Source of the DNA: Octopus vulgaris
Lineage: Eukaryota
Assembly: GCA_951406725.2 (NCBI GenBank)
Contig: OX597819.1
Coordinates: forward strand, 20,522,001 to 20,586,000
Direction: 5' to 3'
Length of the DNA: 64,000 nt
Below the pieces are notes generated by a model. The model had not been told where the DNA came from and did no database searches. It saw only the letters and a program-made list of their open reading frames with translations. The position numbers were made by a program, and so were the translations under genes. Of the stretch, positions 54,542-64,000 are shown piece by piece (the first letter of the stretch is position 1; every line of letters starts with the position of its first letter).

Positions 54542-55001
54542 GGAATCTTTTCGGTTTGATCGGCAGCTTTTAACATAATTTATAGGTAGTTAAAAAATTT
54601 TAAACTTCGTATCCTGGTAGAATGTATTTATAAAACATCTTTTTCTCTTGGTTTTATTGAGAAAATTGTATAGTTTGTAAGATATTTGTTGTTTTTTTCT
54701 TCAATTTCTGCAATTTCAATCAATCACTGACGTCTATTGAGGTAAAAATCATTCTGTGTTGTATGAATATGTCCTTCGTTTAAGAAACATATTGGGTTTA
54801 TTTACATTTGTGAAGAAAAAAGATACCATTCCCCTACCCCTAACTCTGACCCTTACCCTAACCAACCCTAACTAACCTTAACTAACCCTAACCCTAAAAC
54901 AGATTGAAATGCAATAGATCGATACTAGGGTCATAATTATGGGTGACAATTTCATATGACACCGCTAGAAAAAAAAACTGCCATTCAAACCGAAAAGATC
55001 C
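54542..55001. mobile_element. MITE with ~24-bp TIRs and internal telomere-like (CCCTAA)n repeats
   Basis: GGAATCTTTTCGGTTTGATCGGCAG ... CTGCCATTCAAACCGAAAAGATCC, with AAATAG flanking duplication. Confidence 0.85.
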
Positions 55002-55984
55002 AAAATAGGTATTCATAGATATGTTAGATTGGAGCAAAATTCTTACACATGGTAAAGATGTAAGGAAAACAGGTTATATCGCCTATGTCAAAACGAGACA
55101 AGCTTTCGTGATTTCAGACACCGATGTCATAGAACAGTTGCATTTAACATTGCTAACACTTTGTTTCTATCGTAAATAATGATTTCTTACAATGCTTATT
55201 TCGGGAATGGTGATTTGTTATAATGACACAATGCTCTAATTTTGCAGCAGGCAAATGAGATTATGTAGTACACGAGTGATTATAAAATCACCATGCTGAG
55301 AAATAAATGCGAAAATGCATTCAATCACACACACAGAGACACGCACAGATATGCACAGAGGTATATAAATATATATATAGAGAGAAAGAAAGTGATGATA
55401 GCGAGAGAAGGAGAGAGAGAGAGAAATTGTTTTAAAGGCTTAGGAAAGCAAACGATCTGCACGAAATGCGAGGGCAACAGGGACAGGTTAACGTGTATGT
55501 CACTAAGATGCCTCTTGTCTCTTGTCAATCAATACCTATTGAGGAGATATGAAAAGATCTCGAATTGCAGCAAGCCGAGGTTCTGGGAAGAAAAGTTTGT
55601 GAATAGGGAAGTGTGTAGTGACAAAAACAGTGAACGCAATACATGTGTATTAAGAATGTTTGAGTGGAGATGACAAAATCTCCGTCATCTCTGAGAAATA
55701 GAGGTTATCATAGGAGAAGCGGCTGTGTGGTAAGTAGCTTGCTTATCTGTCTCGTAGAGAGAAGTGATTTTTTTCGGTCGTGCGTCAAACGTTTTGTTGA
55801 ACGTTGGATAATTTTTATGTTGGAATTGTTGACTGTATATTGTTGGACGTTTTCGAACTGTTGAACATTGTTGAACTTTGAAAATATTTGTGCTTTTTCC
55901 CGGTGACGGGAGAAAGTAATTGTTTGTGTAAAGCCATTGTTGCAGTTGTGAATAGTTGAAATATTGAACTTATTAAAGCCGATG

Positions 55985-56390
55985 TAGGCTTTATTGTCGC
56001 CCCCACCCCCAGTGGGGACGGGATTTGAACAGTTATCCTTGTTAAGAGAAAAAATATTATAGGTTTCCCGTTTTGAGGGATAATCAATTTATTATTGTGT
56101 GAAAAAATTAAATTTAGCCGTTGAAGGCTCTATTGTGGCACCCCGCCACCAGCAGTGGTGAGATTTGAACTGTTGTCCTTGTTGTGAGGAAGAAAAAATT
56201 ATAGGTTTCCCGTTTTTTGCGATACCGTATTTTTATTATTGTGTGAAAAATTTAATTTCGAACGTTGTAATCTCGAACGTTGTTACGTCTTGTCCACCAA
56301 CGGGGTTGGGATTTGAACTGTTGTCCTCGTTGAGAGGGTAAAAGAAGTAAAAAACTATACGTTTCCCATTTTCTGGGATTAAATTGTGTA
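55985..56390 (+). repeat. Three diverged ~140-bp tandem monomers in the LINE 5'UTR
   Basis: Repeated GATTTGAACTGTTGTCCTTGTT..AAATTATAGGTTTCCCGTTTT..ATTATTGTGTGAAAAA. Confidence 0.8.
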
Positions 56391-56599
56391 TAAATTTGTT
56401 TCAAATGAATATGTCGGTCGAAATAATTTGGAACAGCCAGTTAAGAAATTTTCAGCAGTTACCGCGGTGGCTACTGAAAACGTCGAACTACCAAAGGAAA
56501 AGCTCTCCGAGCTTTTTGAAAAAATGAAAGAAGAGGGTGGGATATAAAAATATCACCCTCACCTAGTGTTGAAAAATTGAAAAGAAGGAAAGTTGTTTT

Positions 56600-56817
56600 G
56601 GATCTTTTCGCTTTGACCAGCAGATATGTAAAATAATTTCTTTGTAACTAAACACTTTTAAGTTTCGTATACTGGTAGAATGTGTTTAGAAAACATCTTT
56701 TTCTCTTGGCTTTCTTGAGAAAATTCTGTAGTTTGTAAGCTATTTGTTGTTTAATTTCTTGCATTTCAGCAATTTCAACCAATCAATGACGTCTATTGAG
56801 GTGAATACAATTTCTGC
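56600..56817. mobile_element. Left half of the 54542 MITE family
   Basis: GGATCTTTTCG...AAACATCTTTTTCTCTTGG...GACGTCTATTGAGGT is collinear with 54542-54750. Confidence 0.85.
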
Positions 56818-56819
56818 CT

Positions 56820-57363
56820 GGGCTACGATGAAAATCAGTTGATAGACCTGTTCAGGAGAACTTTCGGGCCGGTGTACCCGGATAATTACCAGAAATCCCT
56901 GGCTTGGCAATGTTTCCGTGCAGCATTAACTTTTCGTGATGAACTGTCAAGTCACGGAAGTGCCATCTCGCCGACATGTCCGAGATAATGGCGGGACAAG
57001 GAAACCGTATTGCACGCATTTGTGGAATGTCCGGAATTAACGGGACTGATAGCATTCACAGAACAAGTATTGTCATCGATGGGAAGAGTACAGTTATCAG
57101 CTGAGTCTATCATCGAGATTGTGCCGCCTCCTTCTCTTAACAGGGAAAGGAAGGCTTGCTTTTTCTGTGTAGAAACAGTAAGGAAGACGCATGTGCGAGG
57201 CTTAGTGACAGGTACCTTGGTATCCGGCCAGGGGTTGGTTAACTATTTTAGTTACCACATCAGTAGTAAGATCAGGCTAGAGAAGAGGTACCTGTCACGA
57301 GTTAGATTCATTAAAAGATGGAAACCTGTGGCAAGGCAGTTGGGAGCGATTGGCACCAGCTAA
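56820..57363 (+). pseudogene. L1/Tx1 ORF2 C-terminal zinc-binding (zf-RVT-like) region
   Basis: DNYQKSLAWQCFRAAL..SPTCPR*WRDKETVLHAFVEC..FIKRW. Confidence 0.8.
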
Positions 57364-58305
57364 GTGGAGTCCAAAAGAAGGAAAAGGAAAGAGAAATCAA
57401 GGGTTCTACCCTGGTGGTCGGATGCATTTCCTTCACGGAAGTCACTGCAATCGCAATGAGTAATATGTTATCATGTAATTGGTAATTAGTAATTAGTAAT
57501 TTGTAAATTGTAATTTGTTAATAGTAATATGATATTTCAAAATTTTATTATGAATTTATCATCATAAATTTTTAAACGTTATAGCAGCTTTTATGGTTGT
57601 CTCTCCTTGTTCGTCCCCTCTTTGTAATGCCTTCATGGCAAATTTTATGAAATAATGTAGCTTGCTTACCAAGTAGCCTTCATACTTCCCATGAGTCCTT
57701 GTTGTCAGTGTACGCATGCGTCATTGTGTTGTACACTAAAGAAGATAGCCGGCAGTGTTTAGCCTGCCAAAAGAAAATGTTGCAAGGTAAGAATTTTCTC
57801 TTGGATCCCGTGCGGGTCGTTGTCTGTGCTTATATGTTTTACAAACAGGGAATCCTCATCTTTTTCTCATTGTCTGGTGGGCGTATTCTTCAAACCAAAA
57901 AACTTTACTTTTTGGCGGTGTATGTTTTTACAACAACATTTACCATTATTGGAAAACTGTATTTCAAGTGTTCACATGAAGTGAAAATTTTATCTCATTG
58001 TGAGAACTATAGCTTGGTGATATAACCTGCCACCAAAAGTCGCTCGCTGTTTCTAAACTGTGTGTATTTTACAACTACGTCGGAAAGCTGTATTTCAATT
58101 GGAGCGGTACAGGTTCGAATTGGAGTACCTGCATGCCCAGAAGATTTTTTTTTGCTGTTTTATTTTTGAGCTGTTGTTTTCTTCTATTGTGACTTTTTAA
58201 TTGAACTGTTTGCTTTTTTTCGTCTTTCCTTTTTTCTTCTTTTGAATTCTCTCTTTCCTTTTTTGTGAACTATTGTTTTGGACCGTTATATTTGTAATTT
58301 AAAAC

Positions 58306-59548
58306 ATGGCAAAAACAATACGGATAAGATTGTAGAGTGTGAGATTATCTCACCTAAGGAATGGCTCAAACAGCAAGAGGAAAAGAAGGTGGTGTTGAGA
58401 ACATATTAGAAGGTTTTCCACACCATTACCATCTTCACCAAGCAAATGATTGAGCAGGAGTTGGCAGAACATCTGCCAACCATTAAATATATCTCTAGGC
58501 GAGTCAAACATGCAGCGGTGTGGTTGCTGTTTGACACCATAAAGGAGGCTCCCAGTTTTGTGACCCAGCCAATTGAGGGTAAAGAAATTTTGTTTCTTCC
58601 CACTTATTGTGGGGAAACATTGACGAGGGCCTGGGTCTGTGGTATGCCACCCGGAATTAAACCCCACTGGAGAGAGGATACTATCCATCGGCGTCTGGGC
58701 GGCAGCGGATCCAGGCTCCTCAACGTGAAACTTCTTCCTGAGGCTGATTGGGTTGGGTCAAAATCTGTTTTTACTCTGCGGACCCAATCATCCATGAATC
58801 TAGTTATGCCAGATTTTTTGAAAATGGCCGGGTGCAGGGATCCGGTGAAACTTGAGCGTCGCCCCCACCCTCCAGATGTCATCGCTTCCTGGAACCTGGC
58901 TTTATAAAGAAAAACGGTCCTCAGGAACAGAGCAAAATCCTGGAGCAGTCAATTGTGACCTCTGTAGAAGAGGGAACGAAGGCAGCTGAGGCGACGGAGG
59001 ACTCCTCAGGGAAGAGCCGCAAGAGGAAGAAGGTGAGCAACAATGGGTACTCACCGAAGGATCCTAGGGATGAGGGAAGGGAGGTGAATCTCCCGGTCAC
59101 GGAGGAGACGCATCCTCCCTCAGTTGAGAGGAAGAATAACAAGAAAAGGAGGAGAAACGGGACATTGCCGGCAGTCGGTGACATAGCACCGGAATGTACC
59201 GGAACCTTGCCGGTAGTGGTTGTGCCACAGGCAGGGGAAAAGACACCGTTGAGGATAATTGTGCCGCCAACGGTAAAATTGACTACCTCGAACCCGGAGG
59301 AAGTGGAACTATTGGTCCTTTTCTACAGAGGCGGAGAGTTAGAACAGGTGGTGGAAGGGCACCATAAGGGAGTAACTTTAGCCTTCACACAGGATCCCAA
59401 ATGGCCTCCGCCGAAAGCTGTGGAGGTCATAACGGTGTCTTTGGAGTGTAGGCTGCAGGAACTCAAGGAGGAATATCGCTTGTGGCTTTGCTGGAAGGGC
59501 TGTTTTAATGAACTCGCGTATTGTCCTTACCTTCGTCACGCGGAATAG
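58306..59548 (+). pseudogene. Probable L1/Tx1-type ORF1-like pseudogene with no following ORF2
   Basis: KKVVLRTY resembles RRKVVL at the 56.59-kb ORF1 start. It has an RRM-like FLPTYCG..RAWVCGMPP segment, a degenerate knuckle RCHR..PG..K.GP and a basic low-complexity tail. Confidence 0.55.
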
Positions 59549-59884
59549 ATGAAACAGGGAACAACTGATGAAGGGGAATGTTCTTTATATTGGCTGCTTT
59601 CTCTCTTTGTTTTTTTTTTCGGTGTTTGAAAAAAGTTCGTTTTGTATGTTTTTGGTTTTTATGTTTTCATTTCTCATTGTGTCTATGATTTTTGATGTCT
59701 TGTACCCATATTTGTATGTATAATATACGCGCATATATATATAACATATATATCGTATCATATATATATATATATATATATACATCAATAAATATATATG
59801 TGTGCGTATTTATATATGTGTGTGTGTATATATATATATATATGTTTATATAGAAAGAGACAGACAGACAGATACAGAGAGAAA

Positions 59885-60632
59885 TATTCTTTATTGCTTT
59901 TATTGGTTTCACTATTTTAGGGTCTTCTGTGGGTACTGTTTTTAGTAAAGAAGCGAGATGGACGAAACTGTTCTTTTTTTGTGCCTCCTGCCTTGATGTG
60001 GTCTCATCCGGGATTTCAGAGTGAAATTTGTCAAGGGGCTTTTTTGAACGTTTCCACACCTACATCTTGCATATGTCGTAGGTTCCTTCGTAAGTTATTA
60101 AACACATTTGGTCTCTTGAAACCCAAGCTATTGCAATACTTGGTCCTGTCTCAGATAATGAAAACGCTGTCTTTGGTATTATGCAATGCCGTCCTTTTTG
60201 GGAGATGGTGTAACTTTTAATTACAAAGTTTGGAGCTAGATCGTCCAGGATCATCTATATGTATATCATTGCATACCTTTCTCGCCTTCTCTGCAGAGAG
60301 TAAATCTTCAGTTCTTGTAACCTCTTCCACCAGCTCATCTCTTTCACCGAGTGAATCTTCTTTGCATAGTGCGGCTTGATTGCCGGCCCCACAACTCAAG
60401 CAGGGTATCCATATTTCTGGTTCTGAAGCATCTAAGTATTCATTCAGCTATCCGCCTGCACAGTGTTGCCCTCCTGGAAATATGTTGCATTACTACTTAC
60501 GTGGATTCTCAAGTGACGCACCAATCCTAGCTCCGGGATTACATTGCCCCGTGGTCCTATGTATTCCTGTTGTAGTCTGTTTGTGGACCGATAGCGGACT
60601 GCTTGAAATTTACCGGCATTGAAATGCAAGGG
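59885..60632 (-). pseudogene. CR1/L2-type LINE 3' end, decayed
   Basis: MHFNAGKFQ, ILDDLAPN, GRHCIIP, PNVFN.L and FKKPLDKFHSEIPDE, with a tail ending TGAAACCAATAAAAGCAATAAAG. Confidence 0.75.
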
Positions 60633-60959
60633 ATTCCCATCAGCCCATTTATATATTTATGTATGCAGGTCATTTTGCAGGTTTACTACGTCATTAGGTC
60701 TCTTGACCACATGAGATATATGTGTGATATACGTGTGTGTGTATATACACACACTCACGTATATACGTATGTGTATGAGTATGTGTATGTGTGTGTTTGT
60801 GTATTTAATGTTTTTGAGTTGCTGCTCTTTGTTAAAGAATTAAATATTAATCTACATTGTTTGACTTGTTTAACTACGCAAAACGAAGACATAACCTAGT
60901 AACGGAGCTATCGGATAACACGCTAGAGCCTCCCGTCTGGGTAAACCAAGCAAGTGTGT

Positions 60960-61615
60960 GAGTGGTGGTCTTTCCTCGTCCGACAAGGACGCTTCTGCAG
61001 TTTCTCGATGCACAAACCTCTGGAAATGATTTCTTGATACTCAAACAATGTCTGTGCTTTACATCAGCTCACATCCTCCATCACATCGACGATGCCTGAA
61101 GAGGTGCATGGTGTACCACGTGACAGGTGTCGAAGTGATCACCGAGCAATAAGAGACTAACTGTTTTGATCAAGAACACAACGTAGTTAAACCAAAGCGT
61201 TTGACCCGAGCAAATGAACAGAAGAAAAATATAGTAATAGGTGTAAAAGAACTTGCTATATGGAAAAAGAACGCGCGCTCGCGAACGGGTGTGGGGAGAG
61301 GCCTCGTAAAATTCTCATCGTTAAACTAAGGCCTCTAAACTATAGTGTTTGACCCGAGTCACCCGAGCCAAAAAAGAAACAGAAAAAATAGTGTAATTGG
61401 TGTAAAAATATTTGCGAGCGCACGTTTTTTTCTTTTTTTTTTCATATTCGTTTAGAGCAAGTTATTTTACACTTATTAACACTATTCTTTTTTTTTTTGT
61501 TTGCTCGGGTCAAACGCTTTAGTTTAACCCACAATATGCCACCAGGTCCAGCAATTGAAACTACGATGTTGCGATGGTGACCGCAGCAATCTAATCTGTA
61601 GGCAATGCGCCATCA
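60960..61615 (-). mobile_element. Decayed tRNA-derived SINE interrupted by a MITE
   Basis: Minus-strand head GGCGCATTGCC..GTTTCAATTGCTGGACC..TTGTG|GTGTTCTTGATCAAAACA. Confidence 0.5.
61185..61529. mobile_element. MITE with long imperfect TIRs and an internal third copy of the terminus
   Basis: GTTAAACCAAAGCGTTTGACCCGAGCAAA ... TTTGCTCGGGTCAAACGCTTTAGTTTAAC, with degenerate 8-bp TSD CACAACGT/CACAATAT. Confidence 0.8.
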
Positions 61616-61794
61616 TAACCCTAGCAACAAACATCTAAACCTTACCCTACCGTCTTAAGTAAAATACATGCGCTTCCTTCGATAAGGATATTAGATAATA
61701 TCCAAGATCAATTTGATTATCCTTTCTGAAATACATTGCGACTTAACGTAGTTGGAATATTCACTGTTAGGATGCTTTGACATATATAAAAAAA

Positions 61795-62107
61795 GGAGCG
61801 CTCTGTCGGTTACGACGACGAGGGTCCCAGCTGATACGATCAACGGGGCAGCATCCTTTTGAAATTAATGTGCAAGTGGTTGAGCACTCCACAAACACAT
61901 GTACCCCTAACGTACTTCTCAGGGAGGTTTAGCGTGTGACAAGGCTGGCCCTTTGAAATCCATGTACAACTCATTTTTGCCAGCTGAGTGGACTAGAGCA
62001 ACATGAAATAAATGACTTACTGAAGAATACAACGTATCGCCGGGAATTGAACTCACGCACTCATAAACGTGAGTCGAATGCCCTAACCACTAAGCCACGC
62101 GCCTTCA
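61795..62107 (-). mobile_element. tRNA-derived SINE (head B + tail Y)
   Basis: GGCGCGTGGCTTAGTGGTTAGGG..GAGTTCAATTCCC, with the tail CCCTCGTCGTCGTAACCGAC shared with 27406. Confidence 0.8.
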
Positions 62108-63798
62108 TGATATATGATGTAACCCAACGATGCTATATACTTTCAACTATCTTCTCTTCAGGAAAATTCGTTTAAGATTCTGATGTCACCATATTAATAT
62201 ATGTTCTGGTAAACTAGTAAGTGCATTGTTTCTTGCATTTAATATTTAATGCGAGATAAGTAGGAATTGTGACGTTTGTAGACAGAGATGTCGTTGATGG
62301 TTAGCGTCCAGATATTTTTCTTACCAAATCCTAATCGAGGATATTTGGACGGATGAACAAAATGTAGAAAGTTGCAACGATTCCAGTAATGACGATTAAA
62401 TGATGTGTCTTGTGTTGAACCTATGAAGGAAGTGTGAAAATATGTTGCTTACAGTTTAGGGTGTTTGTACGCCCGATGGGAAGGTTGTGGTTTAGAGTTT
62501 TGGACTGTACAGTGCGTTATCTCTTTGAGAAAAATACTTTATTTAATAGTGTTACATTCCATGTAGCCGCCAGACGTAAAGTTGAGACGGGTTAGCGTCC
62601 CATCTAGAAGGGCTGTTTTGATCACGAACATTTATTATGCCGGGGAAACCATCAAAATCGTCATTGGTGTTGTAGTGGTTGATGGTGATGTGATATAAGA
62701 GAAAACCTGAATTGGAAATTTAGAATCAGTGGGCGGAGGGGGGGAATTACAACCATGTTTCGCGGTCTGCTACCACAACAGTTCCTTTATAGGATACATT
62801 TAGCTCAAGACATCATCAGGAGGAACCACGTCCAGTTTCGGCCCCTACTCCTCTACCGTTCTGACGTGGCGGGACCCCCCTTTCGGAGGTGTATTCAGCT
62901 CTGGTGTTGGGTGCATATCTTCTTTCTTTTGTTCCCTGGCCTCTTCAGTGTAAAGTTAGCGAGTGTCAGCGGGCAACTGACTGTCTTGTCAATGTTTTCT
63001 CTTTCAATACCTGCTGCTAGGCTCCAGCAGGCAGCCCCAGTAAGTTGTCACGTGACACTGTCTCAACTTTAACTGACCAATGAAGGCGAGTAGCTTTAGC
63101 CCACGCAATCTCTAAACGACCATCACCTGTCCATCAGCGAAGCTAATTCAGTGTCAGCTTGTCTCACCTAGCGATGTTAATTCCCCCCGGCATGTTATGA
63201 CTTTCAAGATATATATAGAAGCTGGCTTTTTCGACCGCCTCCTGCACTCTCATTAGTTTTCTCTGCTCTGAGCCAGAAAAAACAAATCTTCTTTTGAATA
63301 GCGTTTTCATTTTTCTTTCAATGAGGCTTCTAGCCCCCACTGTCAGGTGGTAATACTCGACATTCCATCCCTGTTATCTGCACTCTTCGATTAGTTTACC
63401 GTACCTCATCTTAGCTAGAGGAAAGTGACGAACATATTAATTGTCTTAGAAGAGGCGAGGAAAATTTTACAGCTCATATGATGGAGAAATATTTTATAGA
63501 TTTGTCGAGTGAGACTGCCAGTCGTCTGAAAGATATCACTGTAATACAATTCTTTTATATGTTTTAGTCCTTAAACTTCGGCCATGCTAAAGCACCACCT
63601 GGAGGAGTCCACTCGAATAAATCTAACCCAATACGTCTGGTACTTATTCAATTTAACGAATAGCTATATGGCGGGGACATGAACAAGATTTCACCTCTTG
63701 CAGACAAACGCAAGTATACATGCAAATATACTTACGCGCACAAGCACACTCACACACACACACATACACACAAACATAAATGATGATAATACTAATAC

Positions 63799-63831
<33 letters not shown>

Positions 63832-64000
63832 TAATAATAATGACGTTGATGATGATGATAATATGACAACTAAAGAATGAATGAGACCTCGATATTATGT
63901 AAAATAGAGGAATTCATCTATAAATATGATATGTAACAATTAGTTGGTTATCATTAAAAAAAACTCAGAGTTTCGGATACCGGGACTGAAATCTGCTCCG

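Larger units (their letters stand above)
55746..57656 (+). mobile_element. Internally deleted L1/Tx1-type LINE with 12-bp TSD
   Basis: TSD GTAGCTTGCTTA at 55734-55745 and 57657-57668. It holds ~140-bp 5'UTR monomers, an ORF1-like start, a MITE half and an ORF2 zf-RVT end. Confidence 0.8.

Overview
AT-rich, microsatellite-dense eukaryotic (animal) DNA. The repeat landscape resembles cephalopod (octopus-like) genomes, which is an inference. No intact host protein-coding gene could be supported, and most listed ORFs are (AT)n/(GT)n artefacts. The window is a patchwork of mobile-element remnants: Penelope-like elements (PLEs; RT C-terminus plus GIY-YIG at 4.5-5.6 kb and 25.6-26.3 kb, plus decayed copies), CR1/L2-type LINEs, R4/Dong-type LINE pieces beside (TAA)n, an L1/Tx1-type element with a 12-bp TSD inside a SINE head, Tc1 and mariner transposase pseudogenes, MITEs and several tRNA-derived SINE families. 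The most striking signal is non-coding. Read by eye, about 13 hammerhead-ribozyme (HHR) motifs plus 2 weak ones from about 7 unrelated repeat families occur here, mostly in (AT)n-embedded PLE terminal repeats. Many have palindromic stem III (dimer-type) and non-canonical cores (recurrent U3-A8 covariation, an A6U family, long stem II). Several sit in ORF-less inverted-repeat elements, including a ~460-bp palindrome carrying two opposed HHRs. HHR calls are manual and untested.
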